From Dehalococcoidia bacterium (GTDB lineage: Bacteria > Chloroflexota > Dehalococcoidia > SHYD01): DNA of 64,000 bases. The translations under genes and the position numbers were made by a program. Location: NCBI GenBank assembly GCA_965226775.1, contig CBDDEI010000002.1:653638-717637 (forward strand), read 5' to 3'. Below, one piece after another: positions 38,327 to 48,368 of this stretch. The notes under the pieces were generated by a model. That model saw only the letters and a list, made by a program, of their open reading frames with translations. It was not told where the DNA came from and did no database searches. Position 1 is the first letter of the stretch, and each line of letters starts with the position of its first letter.

Positions 38327-38342
38327 AGCCTCCCTAATATCC

Positions 38343-39293
38343 CTACTTATACCGAATCCGGGGGTCAAACCACCCGTAGCTAATGTCCACAATCAGGTTA
38401 AGCATAATATAGATAGTCGCAAGGAACAGGATGTTTATCTGCAACTGTGGAATGTCACGGTGATTGATGGCGCTTAGGGTCAATTGACCAACACCGGGAA
38501 GAGAGAAGATGTTCTCTGTAATCACGGTGCCGCCCATGAGTGCGCCCAGCTGTGTTCCAGCGTAAGTAACCACTGGAATCATGGCGTTCTTAACAGCGTG
38601 AACCCACCAAACTCGTCGTGACGTAAGTCCCTTTGCGAAAGCAGTCCGGACGTAGTCTTGGCGGACCACCTCCAGCAGCGTGCTTCGGCTTACACGGACG
38701 ATGCTAGCCGCAGATGAAGCCCCCAGGATAATTGCCGGGATCAGGAATTGCTGCATGTTCGTACCTGGGTCTTCGAACAGAGGCGCTACTCCACCTATAG
38801 GTGGGATCCAGCCGAAAGTGCCTGCAAAGAATACAATCACGATTGTGGCTATCCAGAAGTTAGGCATTGCTAGCAAGAGCACCGAGCCCAAGCGCGCAAG
38901 CTGGTCAAACGGTTTATCTTGGTTAGTAGCTGAAAAGACGCCTACTGGAACGCCTATGAGCATTTTGATGGCGAAAGCAAGGAGCGCCAACTCCAGCGTG
39001 ATGGGAAGTCGGTCCGCTATTTCCTGAAGGACGGGCCGGCGTGTCCATAACGAGTCGCCTGCATCTAGAGTGACTACACCCTTCATCCACTCAAAGTATT
39101 GGATGTACATCGGCCGGTCATACCCAAGCGATTCGCGTAATTCGTCAATCTCTACATCAGTGAGTGAAGAATCCGCATACATCACGTCCAGAATGTCTCC
39201 AGGGACAATGCGGATCAGCGCAAAGGAGACAAAACTCACCACCAACAGCACTGGTAGGGTGGCTAAGAGCCGTTTTAACACATATTGCGTCAT
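38343..39293 (-). CDS. ABC transporter permease, peptide/nickel (DppB/OppB-like)
   Basis: 316 aa. N-terminal MTQYVLKRLL…IPVLLVVSFVSF and a C-terminal …PRIRY ending, typical of DppB. Confidence 0.75.
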   Translation of the reverse strand: MTQYVLKRLLATLPVLLVVSFVSFALIRIVPGDILDVMYADSSLTDVEIDELRESLGYDRPMYIQYFEWMKGVVTLDAGDSLWTRRPVLQEIADRLPITLELALLAFAIKMLIGVPVGVFSATNQDKPFDQLARLGSVLLLAMPNFWIATIVIVFFAGTFGWIPPIGGVAPLFEDPGTNMQQFLIPAIILGASSAASIVRVSRSTLLEVVRQDYVRTAFAKGLTSRRVWWVHAVKNAMIPVVTYAGTQLGALMGGTVITENIFSLPGVGQLTLSAINHRDIPQLQINILFLATIYIMLNLIVDISYGWFDPRIRYK

Positions 39294-39568
39294 AGTACCT
39301 CCTTTGGGCCAGCCTCAGACCTAAGTTGTTATGAACTCTAGCTGATGAGTCCCTGGCGTTAATTTGTATCTGTGTACACTAGCATTCGTACGCTAGTTAC
39401 ATTCCAACAACTCCGATCCACAATCCGAGTGGAGTGGCTACATTCTATGAGTGACCCCTGCCCTTGTCAAGGGAAAAAGCAAACTCGTAGGAGTATGGAA
39501 TAACCAGTAAAGTAAGCTCGTTTCAATGAGATATGCCTTAGTTTGGGCGTGACGGCGCATGACGAACG

Positions 39569-40219
39569 GTGGCAAGCATGGCTAACTTAGAAGCAGCGCG
39601 GGCGAGGCTCCTACGAGAGCTGGCAGGCACGATCGGTGACGAACGAGTCCTCGATGCCATAGCACAGGTGCCCCGCTCGCGCTTTGTCCCTGAGCCACAC
39701 CGCGCAAAAGCGTACGATGACGCAGCGCTCCCCTTGGCCGTCGGCCAGACCATTTCCCAACCAACGATAGTTGCCATCATGACTCAAGCACTCGCGCTTA
39801 CCGGCGAGGAACGCATATTAGAAGTGGGAACGGGAAGCGGCTACCAGGCGGCGCTTCTTAGTCGCCTCGCAAAATCCGTTGTCACGGTGGAGCGCCACGC
39901 CACGCTGCTACAAGCCGCGACCGAAGCGCTCCATGCCGTGGGTGCAGACAATGTGGAGGTTCATCTAACCACCGAAACCTTAGGTTGGCCCGCCGCTGCG
40001 CCCTACGATGCCATTATCGTCACCGCGGCGGCGCCCCAGGTGCCTCAGGCGCTGCTTGACCAGCTCCAAGACGGCGGGCGTCTGGTGATACCCGTCGGCC
40101 CCCGTGAACAGCAGGAGCTGCTCTTGGTGACCAAACAGAACAACCGCATCGAGCGTCGATCCCTCGGCCCCTGCCGCTTCGTGCCCCTCATTGGCGCGCA
40201 GGCCTGGCCCGCCTCTTAA
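39569..40219 (+). CDS. pcm: Protein-L-isoaspartate O-methyltransferase
   Basis: PCMT motifs (…TISQP…, LEVGTGSGYQAALL). Confidence 0.85.
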   Translation: MASMANLEAARARLLRELAGTIGDERVLDAIAQVPRSRFVPEPHRAKAYDDAALPLAVGQTISQPTIVAIMTQALALTGEERILEVGTGSGYQAALLSRLAKSVVTVERHATLLQAATEALHAVGADNVEVHLTTETLGWPAAAPYDAIIVTAAAPQVPQALLDQLQDGGRLVIPVGPREQQELLLVTKQNNRIERRSLGPCRFVPLIGAQAWPAS

Positions 40220-40241
40220 TGGCTATGAGGATGCGAGCGGG

Positions 40242-40595
40242 TCAGTCCGGCGCCTTATCACCACCGGGGATGCCATTCACCCACTCCGGGGCGTGCATCC
40301 GTTGGGACAGCCAGCCACGTAGCGCCTGGTTAAGCCACAGCGCGTCCAGATAGACCTCCGCCACTATGCTCTGGTCTTCCCAGTGGATATGCCCGTTGGG
40401 GACGTAAAGCACGGTTTTGCCCAGCAGAACCTCACTGCTGTAGCGGTGCATCGCATCGCCTAACGGTGTGCCGGGCGTAGGCGCCCAGACGTTGCTGATG
40501 CGCACACGTACCTGCGCCTGCCCATTATCTAGGACCAGGGTATCGCCGGTAAGGACTGAGGTGCAGATTCCTGAACGCATGTGACCTGTCTTCAC
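40242..40595 (-). CDS. Hypothetical protein (weak SNase/OB-fold-like GDT…VR motif)
   Basis: 117-aa ORF with protein-like composition. No confident family assignment. Confidence 0.35.
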   Translation of the reverse strand: MKTGHMRSGICTSVLTGDTLVLDNGQAQVRVRISNVWAPTPGTPLGDAMHRYSSEVLLGKTVLYVPNGHIHWEDQSIVAEVYLDALWLNQALRGWLSQRMHAPEWVNGIPGGDKAPD

Positions 40596-40693
40596 GCTAT
40601 CTTACCCCTAGGCGTATCGCGTGCCAACTGGGTGGCCTTAGGGTTACCCTTACTGCGCTGAATTAAGAGGAAGACAGCTACGGGGAGGGACGT

Positions 40694-41029
40694 GTGTTAG
40701 AAGTTGCAAGGACGCTGGGGTTGTTTGTGCTTGCGGGCTTGTGCGAGATTGGCGGCGGTTACCTGGTCTGGCAGTGGCTCAGATCCGGTCGAGAGGTATG
40801 GTTCGGGCTCTTTGGCGCAGGGGTACTGGTGCTTTACGGCATTGTGCCCACGTTGCAGACGGAACCAAACTTCGGGAGAGTCTACGCTGCTTACGGCGGA
40901 GTGTTTGTGCTCCTTGCCCTGGTCTGGGGCGCAGTGTGGGACCAGTGGTCGCCCGACCATTGGGACATCCTGGGTGCGGTGATCGTTTTTTTGGGCGTCT
41001 CGGTTATACTCTGGGGGCCAAGAAATTAA
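40694..41029 (+). CDS. ynfA: YnfA-family (UPF0060) small membrane protein
   Basis: 111 aa, four TM helices, with the conserved EIGGGY motif near the N-terminus. Confidence 0.7.
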   Translation: MLEVARTLGLFVLAGLCEIGGGYLVWQWLRSGREVWFGLFGAGVLVLYGIVPTLQTEPNFGRVYAAYGGVFVLLALVWGAVWDQWSPDHWDILGAVIVFLGVSVILWGPRN

Positions 41030-41053
41030 TCTTAGGTTCATTGAGTTCACCCC

Positions 41054-42154
41054 TTGCTGAGTAGGATGCCCGTGCCTGATCCAACTATCCGCTACCCTAT
41101 CGGCTCCCTAACGGTGCGTCTGGCCGCCGGCGAGGAGCTTCTCCCGCTCCCGACTCCTGAAGAGCCAACGCCGCCGCCCAGCAACGATGGTCCGCAGTTC
41201 TTCCACGGCGGTCCCTTCCGTACCGAGTCGGGTAGTGTCATCCCAGACCTGACCATCTGCTACGAGACCTGGGGTAGACCGGCCCCAGGACGCAGCAATG
41301 CCATCATCCTGTGCCATGAGCGCTCCGGTGACACCGCCAGCTGGGGCGCGTTTATAGGTGTCGGAAAGCTCTTCGACCCCGAGCGCCATTTCATCATTGC
41401 TATGGATGCGTTGGGTTCCGGGCGCACCACAAGGCCAAGCGCCAGTGGCCTGGGGATGGACTTCCCCCAGTACACCATCCGGGACATGGTTAGGGCGCAG
41501 TGCCTAATGGTCACCAAGGAGCTGGGCGTTACCCAACTGCGCAGCGTGGCGGGCGTTTCCATGGGCGCGTACATGGCCCTGGAGTGGGCGCTCATGTACC
41601 CGCCCTTCGTGCGCAACGCGGTCTGCGTGCTGCCCTCCGCCTTTGCCACGCCCCAGCTCCGTGCCGTGCATGAAGCGGTGCGCGAAGCCATAGCCCTCGA
41701 CCCGGGCTGGCAAGGTGACCGCTCTACCATGCCACCGTATGCCAGCTTGGAAGCCGCCGCGCTAGTCGAGTTTCCCTGGGGCTACGGCGAGGAGTGGTAC
41801 CTGCAATACCGAAGCGATGCCGCTTATGAGGAGAAGCTAGCCCAGGTGCGCCAGAAGGCTCACAATAACAACGCTCTGGACGTGTGGTACCAGACTGTCG
41901 CCTGCGACCTCCACGATGTCGCTATGCCCTACGGGCTCGGGCTGCCGGGTGCGTTGGAGCGGTTCCGCTCCCCCGTCTTGCTGCTCCCCTCCTCAACTGA
42001 CGTCCTCATTCCGCCCAGCAACGCAGCGCTGCTCCAGGAGCTTTTGCCCAACGCCCAACTCGTCGATATTCCCTCCTACGCCGGGCACGCTGCAGGGTTG
42101 CTAGAGGTGGAGTTCGTCAGCCAGGCTATTCAGTCCTTCTGGGAAGGTCGCTAG
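41054..42154 (+). CDS. Homoserine O-acetyltransferase (MetX)-family alpha/beta hydrolase
   Basis: MetX-like N-terminal (…LTICYETWG…NAIILCH…) and nucleophile elbow GVSMG. 366 aa. Confidence 0.6.
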   Translation: MLSRMPVPDPTIRYPIGSLTVRLAAGEELLPLPTPEEPTPPPSNDGPQFFHGGPFRTESGSVIPDLTICYETWGRPAPGRSNAIILCHERSGDTASWGAFIGVGKLFDPERHFIIAMDALGSGRTTRPSASGLGMDFPQYTIRDMVRAQCLMVTKELGVTQLRSVAGVSMGAYMALEWALMYPPFVRNAVCVLPSAFATPQLRAVHEAVREAIALDPGWQGDRSTMPPYASLEAAALVEFPWGYGEEWYLQYRSDAAYEEKLAQVRQKAHNNNALDVWYQTVACDLHDVAMPYGLGLPGALERFRSPVLLLPSSTDVLIPPSNAALLQELLPNAQLVDIPSYAGHAAGLLEVEFVSQAIQSFWEGR

Positions 42155-42810
42155 CTGCTAAAGGGCTGGTAGCCAAGAAGGACCGCTACTCCGGAGAGCA
42201 TGAAGTAGCCGCTTAGCGCCAGCAGGAAGAGCGCGCAGGACACGATCAGGCCCCGGTAGACCACATCCGAGAGGGCCCGCCGCCCGGCGGCGACAATAGC
42301 CGCCACAAAGGAGTACCACGTAAAGTCGGCGGTGATATGCCCTAGATAGAAGGCGGCTACACCCAGGAAACCCCACGTCATGGACGTCGAGAGGAAAGCT
42401 GCGCCCACTGTCGCCCACCAGAGCAGCCAGTAGGGGTTGGAGATGCTGGCCGTAACCCCCGCGATAATGGGGCCGCTTCTCGACTCCGTCCGCGCCGCTG
42501 CCACTTGCGCCGCTAGAGAGAGGGTGCGCACGGAACGGAACATCTTGCTGCTTATCCAAAGCAGAAAAAGCCCGCCTAGCAAGCCCACCATGCCGGGCAC
42601 TATGCCTTGGCTCAGTAGAGGGCCAAGACCCATGACCAGCAAGATTACCGTGACAAGCTCCAGCAGGCTGTGCCCCAGCGCCACGCCCGGCCCGGCCCAG
42701 AAGCCGCGCTTGGCAACCTCTGCAATGTTTACCATGAGCAGCGGCCCCGGCGTCACTGCGCCGGAAAATCCCACCGCTAGCGACGTGCCAAAGAGAAGTA
42801 CGAGTTCCAT
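42151..42810 (-). CDS. LysE/RhtB-family amino-acid efflux transporter
   Basis: 219 aa, six TM helices, with the N-terminal GAVTPGP motif. Confidence 0.75.
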   Translation of the reverse strand: MELVLLFGTSLAVGFSGAVTPGPLLMVNIAEVAKRGFWAGPGVALGHSLLELVTVILLVMGLGPLLSQGIVPGMVGLLGGLFLLWISSKMFRSVRTLSLAAQVAAARTESRSGPIIAGVTASISNPYWLLWWATVGAAFLSTSMTWGFLGVAAFYLGHITADFTWYSFVAAIVAAGRRALSDVVYRGLIVSCALFLLALSGYFMLSGVAVLLGYQPFSS

Positions 42811-42823
42811 TAGACGTAACTTG

Positions 42824-44401
42824 CTACTGTTCTACCCTGATGCGCCCGTTTTCGTACACTAGTACCTGGCCTGGCTGCACCGCAAGACGCGCCGCCCAGT
42901 GGTCGTCACCTAGTAGCTCCGCCTCCGCGGGCAAGCCCTGTACCAAGGCAAAGACGCTGGGGTCGGTGAAGACGGCCCATTCCACACCCTCCGGCACGAC
43001 GACTCGCTGTGTCTTGGCGCTCTGCGTATAGACCCGCGCCAGATGGGGATACTCGGGCAGATAGTAGCGGAAGCGTGTGTGGCTATCGTTGCTTAGCACC
43101 AGCACTTCTGGAGGCTCATACGTGCTTAGGTAGCTCAACGTAGCGCCGGTGGCGCGGTCGCTGGCGCGCAGGCCGGACAGCGTGAGCGGTTGCTCGAAGA
43201 GAAAGAAGAGGAAGGCGTTGGTCATGAGCACAAGCGCGAAGCCGCTGACGACCAGCGAGAGCGTCTGCTCGCTGCGCTGCTGCAACCAGCGGCTCCACCC
43301 ACCGATGCCCAGTAGCAGGACCGGCGGAAGCAGGCTAAAGGCGTTGCCGGGGTCGCCAATGTGGACAAAGATGTAGAAGAGGCCCATAGGAGCGCCCCAT
43401 GCCGCCAGGAACAGATAGAACCACAGATCTCTGCCCGCAGGCCGCTTCCAGATGAGCAACAACAGCCCAGTAACCACCACCAGCGCTTCGGCATAGAGCG
43501 CATAGAACAGGTAGGTCGCGCTAGCCTGCACGTTTACCATCAGCCCGCCGCTCCCCAGCGCCGCAGGCGCGTAGCTGACGCTATCGGCCCCTCCCAAGTA
43601 GGCGTTCACCGCCGCCAAGTAACTCCCTAAACCGCCCGACGCGTAGCTAACGTTAGCGGCCACGCTCAAGTGGGCGTTCAGCGTCGCCCAGTAACTCCCG
43701 GGACCGCCCGAGAGCAGCACGGTCGGGATGAGCCAGGCCAGCACGCCCACAACGGCGATAGCCAGCGCCGTCACTACGCGCAGCGGCGGCTGCCGCCAGC
43801 ACGCTATGACCAGCAGCGGCAGCAGGAAGAGCGCTAAGTTGGGGTGAAAGCCCGTCCCAACGGCATAAGTCAGCGCGCAGGCGAACAGGCGAGGTCGCTC
43901 CAGAAAAGCGGTCTGGTAAGCAAAATACGCGGTCAGCGCACCAAATGCGGCCAGCGCAGGGTAGGCCAGCGCGACCTCTCCGTAGTACCAGAAGCTCACG
44001 CTGGCCGCTAAGAGCAGCCCTGCCGCCAATCCAGCGCTTTCTGAGAAGACAAGCGAGGCAAAGCGGTAGAGCGCCACTACCGCTACCACTTCCAGCAGCA
44101 CGCTGACCGTGACCAGCGCGGCGTTGGCATCGCCAAAGATCAGGTTGAGCAGCGCGCCCAGGCCCACAAAGTAGGGGAAACCTGGCGGATAGGGTTGCTG
44201 CAACCCAACATTGAAGAGTTGGGTGCCCAGGGCAAAGTTGGCGGCGTCCCAGTTGTAGAGATAGCTAGTACGGAAGGGCCAGCGACTCAGCAGCACCAGA
44301 AATGCTAACAGGAGCGGCGCCCATACTCCCGATGAGATCAGTGGCAGGAGTGTTGTTCCGCCGGCACGCGGGGTGTTCTGGGATGCGGAGGATGCTTGCA
44401 C
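42824..44401 (-). CDS. Large polytopic membrane protein, putative GT-C-type glycosyl/mannosyltransferase (ArnT/PMT-like)
   Basis: 525 aa with more than 12 TM helices and an N-terminal loop containing a conserved-looking acidic/aromatic patch (RWPFRTSYLYNWDAANF). The assignment is tentative. Confidence 0.4.
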   Translation of the reverse strand: MQASSASQNTPRAGGTTLLPLISSGVWAPLLLAFLVLLSRWPFRTSYLYNWDAANFALGTQLFNVGLQQPYPPGFPYFVGLGALLNLIFGDANAALVTVSVLLEVVAVVALYRFASLVFSESAGLAAGLLLAASVSFWYYGEVALAYPALAAFGALTAYFAYQTAFLERPRLFACALTYAVGTGFHPNLALFLLPLLVIACWRQPPLRVVTALAIAVVGVLAWLIPTVLLSGGPGSYWATLNAHLSVAANVSYASGGLGSYLAAVNAYLGGADSVSYAPAALGSGGLMVNVQASATYLFYALYAEALVVVTGLLLLIWKRPAGRDLWFYLFLAAWGAPMGLFYIFVHIGDPGNAFSLLPPVLLLGIGGWSRWLQQRSEQTLSLVVSGFALVLMTNAFLFFLFEQPLTLSGLRASDRATGATLSYLSTYEPPEVLVLSNDSHTRFRYYLPEYPHLARVYTQSAKTQRVVVPEGVEWAVFTDPSVFALVQGLPAEAELLGDDHWAARLAVQPGQVLVYENGRIRVEQ

Positions 44402-44404
44402 CGG

Positions 44405-45112
44405 CTAGAGTTCTCTTGCCAGCGTTAGGCCCCAGACGGAGACTGCGCCCGCGGCAGTCAGCGCGTCTGCGCATGCGTTGAGGGTTGCCCCTGTGGTGCA
44501 CACGTCGTCCACCACGGCCACGCGCCGTCCCGCTACCAGCTCTGCTCGCGCGGCAAACGCGCCGTTAACGTTCCGCGCTCGATGCGTCCTATCCCCCATA
44601 CGCGCCTGCGGCTCGGTCCACACGGTGCGCTGTAGCGCTGCGGGCGTCACAGCAAGGCTTGCTGCCTCGCCCAGGGGGCGTGCGATCACTTCCGCCTGGT
44701 TGTAGCCGCGCTCCTTCAGGCGGCGCGGATGCAGGGGCACCGGCACGATGACGTCTACCGGAAGCGGGTGGTCAACCACAAATCGCGCGAGTAGGTCGCC
44801 CAACTCCTCACCTGCCGCCCGCAAGCCGCGATACTTTAAGCTCAGCACGGCCTCTCGCAGCGCACCCTCAAATGCGTAGGCGGTGCGCAAGCCCGCAAAG
44901 GCCGGCGGATGGTCTCTGCAAAATGCGCACTGACCCCCAGCCTTTGCAGGAAGGCCGCAGCGGTCGCACCAGGGCGGCTTGAGGGGTGTGGTCTTGTTCG
45001 CCAAGCATTCGTCGCATAGGTAGCCATTCTGCTTATTGCAGCTCACACAGGTGCGCGGGAACAGCACGTCCAGCGCCATAGTTCGCAATTGTCTGAGAGG
45101 AAGGGGAAGCAT
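44405..45112 (-). CDS. comF: ComF-family protein (double Zn-ribbon + phosphoribosyltransferase domain)
   Basis: N-terminal CxxC…CxxC…CxxC…CxxC and a C-terminal PRTase motif (VAVVDDVCTTGATL). Confidence 0.75.
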   Translation of the reverse strand: MLPLPLRQLRTMALDVLFPRTCVSCNKQNGYLCDECLANKTTPLKPPWCDRCGLPAKAGGQCAFCRDHPPAFAGLRTAYAFEGALREAVLSLKYRGLRAAGEELGDLLARFVVDHPLPVDVIVPVPLHPRRLKERGYNQAEVIARPLGEAASLAVTPAALQRTVWTEPQARMGDRTHRARNVNGAFAARAELVAGRRVAVVDDVCTTGATLNACADALTAAGAVSVWGLTLAREL

Positions 45113-45136
45113 CTGCGGGAGTTGTGGGGGATTGGT

Positions 45137-45487
45137 TTAGGTGCCGCTGAATTCTAGCATATCGCCTATTTGGGTGTCCGTCGCCAGAATAGTGCCCGCC
45201 GGCAGCTCCACCACGCCTCGCGCATGGAAGTTTGCAGGGCCCACCCGGTTCGGCGCAATAGAAGATGCCGTCCCCAGCACTTTCCAGTCAGCGTCTACAA
45301 AGAGCGCGTCAAAGGGGAACTGCATGAAGAAGCTATGGATGCCCTTGCAGTGGTCAAGATACAGCCCCTGACCTTCAGCAAGCCCGGAGCGTCCCAGCAG
45401 GCCCTTGCTCCGTTGCCAGAAGTTTGAGGCTAGCTCCAACTCCGTTGCCAGAGACTTGCCCGTACGACTATTACGCAGCGTAGCCAC
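45137..45487 (-). CDS. DUF192-domain protein
   Basis: 116 aa with DUF192-like core (…LLGR…L…GQGL…FPFDALFVDADWKV…). Confidence 0.6.
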   Translation of the reverse strand: MATLRNSRTGKSLATELELASNFWQRSKGLLGRSGLAEGQGLYLDHCKGIHSFFMQFPFDALFVDADWKVLGTASSIAPNRVGPANFHARGVVELPAGTILATDTQIGDMLEFSGT

Positions 45488-45645
45488 CCATCCTGATAAC
45501 CACCTTTGGCCGCTTAGGGCCGGGGATCACGAGCCACAGCGATGGCCTCATGAAGTAGTTATAGCATCCTTTTAGATGAGGTCAAGCGAAGCTGCTCAGG
45601 CGTACTGGAACCATTCCGGGTTCTGCGGGTACCTAGGGCTATGCT

Positions 45646-47004
45646 ATGCTCGGCGCAGGTTACAGCGCAGAGATGTTTCAAGCTATGAAATCGTTCCTCT
45701 GGCGGGCCGTCCGCTCGCCTTTGCTATGGCTTATCGTGCTGCTGCTGGCGTGGGGCAGCGTCACCAGCGCTTCGGTCTTTGCAGTGCGGTCTGCTATGGA
45801 GACGCTGCAGGGCGTTACACGCGCCGGCCCTAGCGGTTTTGGCGGCGCTCCCACTGCCCTAGACGAGGTCACGACGTGCTGCCAGTTCGACCTCTTGGCC
45901 TGGGAAGCCAGGGGAATCGGCCGCTGGTTTCTCAATGCCATGCAACCTCAGGCCAGGCAAGGCGCCTCTGCCGATGCCATCCATGACCTTGAGCGCTTCT
46001 TTGCTCTCTCTCGTGCCCTCCAGTATGCAGAGTTTGCCCGGGACAACCCGAGCGCAGAGCAGACATCGGCCGCACAGCTAGCGGCGCAGCGGGCGGAGCA
46101 GGAAGCGCTGCGGCCAACGGCGCAAACAACCGTTATCAAATTGGTTGGTCAACAACTCAGCGCAGAGGGCTTGGGGACGTGGTTTCCTGGCAGCGGCTAC
46201 GTGCCCTTCCCGCCGGTAGCCGTTTCCCTGGTGCCGCCTCCTAACGTGCTGGTTGTGTCTCCCCGTGACCGTATTTTCCTGGAGAGAAGCATCCTGTTGG
46301 CGCCTGCGCTGACCTTTGAGCAGGTCTTACAGATGGAATCCAATGCAGAGGCGCAGGGCTGGTCGGTCCTCGTGGAGCCCACCGGAGGCTATTCATCCTA
46401 CCCAACTATCGTCTCCGACCGCGCCACGCTAGGGTACGCCTTGCAATCTGTGGCCCATGAGTGGTCGCACACCTACCTCTTCTTCCGCCCCCTCGGCTTC
46501 AACTACTTCCGCGATCCACAAATGCGGGTGATCAATGAAACCGTCGCCAATCTGATTGGTCGGGAGATAGGCCGCTCAATTAGGGAGGTCTACTACCCAA
46601 GGCCCGCTGCCCAACCTTCCACCGCCGCTCCTTCTGGGCGGGAAGCGCCCGCCTTCAACTTTCGCGCCGAGATGCGGGAGACCCGTCTGGAAGCCGAGCG
46701 CCTCCTGGCATTGGGCAACATAGAGGAGGCGGAGTCCTACATGGAGCAACGACGGCTTGTGCTCGTGGAGCATGGCTACCGCATCCGTAAGCTGAACCAG
46801 GCCTACTTTGCCTTCCACGGCAGCTATGCGGATGCTCCTAGCTCGGGTTCTGTTAGCCCAATCGCTCCGCAACTGATTGCCCTGCGGGAGCGCGCCGCCA
46901 CCGTCAAGGAGTTTATCGAGACTGTGTCCAGTGTCTCCAGCCCCCAGGACTTCCAGGCATTGCTGGAGCGGGAGGGCCTTAGTCACATCACGGGCGTTCC
47001 GTAA
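45646..47004 (+). CDS. Membrane-anchored hypothetical protein with HExxH (zincin-like) motif
   Basis: N-terminal TM helix (LLWLIVLLLAWG). HEWSH motif at ~aa 275. No confident family. The start is uncertain (an alternative ATG lies 9 codons downstream). Confidence 0.5.
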   Translation: MLGAGYSAEMFQAMKSFLWRAVRSPLLWLIVLLLAWGSVTSASVFAVRSAMETLQGVTRAGPSGFGGAPTALDEVTTCCQFDLLAWEARGIGRWFLNAMQPQARQGASADAIHDLERFFALSRALQYAEFARDNPSAEQTSAAQLAAQRAEQEALRPTAQTTVIKLVGQQLSAEGLGTWFPGSGYVPFPPVAVSLVPPPNVLVVSPRDRIFLERSILLAPALTFEQVLQMESNAEAQGWSVLVEPTGGYSSYPTIVSDRATLGYALQSVAHEWSHTYLFFRPLGFNYFRDPQMRVINETVANLIGREIGRSIREVYYPRPAAQPSTAAPSGREAPAFNFRAEMRETRLEAERLLALGNIEEAESYMEQRRLVLVEHGYRIRKLNQAYFAFHGSYADAPSSGSVSPIAPQLIALRERAATVKEFIETVSSVSSPQDFQALLEREGLSHITGVP

Positions 47005-47204
47005 TTGCAGCAGCCTCCCTACAAAACGTCTACTAACCACACCTAATGCGCTGAACACCACGGCTTCCGCGCAAAGCCTGCGCTGCTGCCGCATGCCGCC
47101 CCGGTGGGTTGATGCTCTAGAACGGAGCAGAGTATGATGGGGGTAAGCAGAAGGCCTAGGGCCTTCTGCACTTAGTATCAGCGGATGGCACACACGTACA
47201 CCAC

Positions 47205-48329
47205 ATGGCGACAAAAAAGCGCGACTTTTACGAAGTCTTAGAAATCGAGCGGACGGCCTCTGAGGAAGACATCAAGAAGGCCTTCCGACGCCTCGCGTTC
47301 CAGTACCACCCCGACCGCAACAAGGAGACCGACGCTGAAGCCCGCTTCAAGGAGATCAACGAGGCCTATGGGGTTCTCTCCGATCCTGAGAAGCGTTCCC
47401 GCTACGACCGCTATGGCACCGTAGATGGCGCAGAGACGGGCCGCGGCTTTGAAGGCTTCGAGGGCCGCGGCTTTGGCGACATCTTCGATGCCTTCTTCGG
47501 CGGCAGCTCAACCAGAACCCGCCAAGGGCCGCTCCAAGGCCAGGACCTCCAGTACCGGGTCACCCTTGACATGGAGGAAGCCATCTTTGGTGTGGAGAAG
47601 CAGCTTGATGTCCAGCGTCGTGAGCGGTGCGTCCAGTGCAGAGGTGCAGGCGCGGAGCCCGGCACGCAACCCGTCCGCTGCCAGGTCTGCAACGGTCGCG
47701 GCGAGGTGCGGCGAGTGCAGGAAAGCCTCTTTGGACAGTTTGTGAATGTGGCGACCTGTTCGACCTGTCAGGGTGAAGGCCAGCGTATTGGGTCGCCCTG
47801 CACTAAGTGCCGCGGCCGTGGGCATGAGGTGCAGTCCCGCCGTATCGGCGTCAAGATACCCCCAGGTGTGGACGAGGGTACTCAGGTGCGCGTTACCGGC
47901 GAGGGCGAAGCCGGCCTGCGCGGCGGGCCGCCCGGCAACCTCTATGTGATGATCTCCCTGCGTCCGCACAAGCTCTTCAGGCGTCGCGGCGACGATATCC
48001 TCTATACTTTGCCGATAAATGTGATATATGCGACCCTTGGCGGCACGGCCTCAGTGCCCACCCTGGACGGCCCCGACGAGTTGAAGATTCCCGCCGGCGC
48101 TCAGTTCGGCGAGCAATTTCGTCTCAAGGGCAAGGGTGTTCCCAACGTCCGCTCCGGCGTCCGCGGCGACCAGGTGGTGATGCTCAAGGTAGTGGTGCCG
48201 GATAAGCTCACGGATGAGCAGCGGAAACTCCTCTTGGCATTTTCCCGGACATTCCCTGGCGGGGAAGCCCTGCAAGATGAAGAGGACAAGGGCGTGTTGG
48301 ACAAGCTCAAAGACTTCCTAGTCGGCTGA
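47205..48329 (+). CDS. dnaJ: Molecular chaperone DnaJ
   Basis: J-domain (DFYEVLEI…HPDRN), G/F region, four CxxCxGxG repeats and a C-terminal domain. Confidence 0.9.
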   Translation: MATKKRDFYEVLEIERTASEEDIKKAFRRLAFQYHPDRNKETDAEARFKEINEAYGVLSDPEKRSRYDRYGTVDGAETGRGFEGFEGRGFGDIFDAFFGGSSTRTRQGPLQGQDLQYRVTLDMEEAIFGVEKQLDVQRRERCVQCRGAGAEPGTQPVRCQVCNGRGEVRRVQESLFGQFVNVATCSTCQGEGQRIGSPCTKCRGRGHEVQSRRIGVKIPPGVDEGTQVRVTGEGEAGLRGGPPGNLYVMISLRPHKLFRRRGDDILYTLPINVIYATLGGTASVPTLDGPDELKIPAGAQFGEQFRLKGKGVPNVRSGVRGDQVVMLKVVVPDKLTDEQRKLLLAFSRTFPGGEALQDEEDKGVLDKLKDFLVG

Positions 48330-48368
48330 TCCCCTCTGTCTGACCCACCTCCTCTTTCAGGAGCCTTT

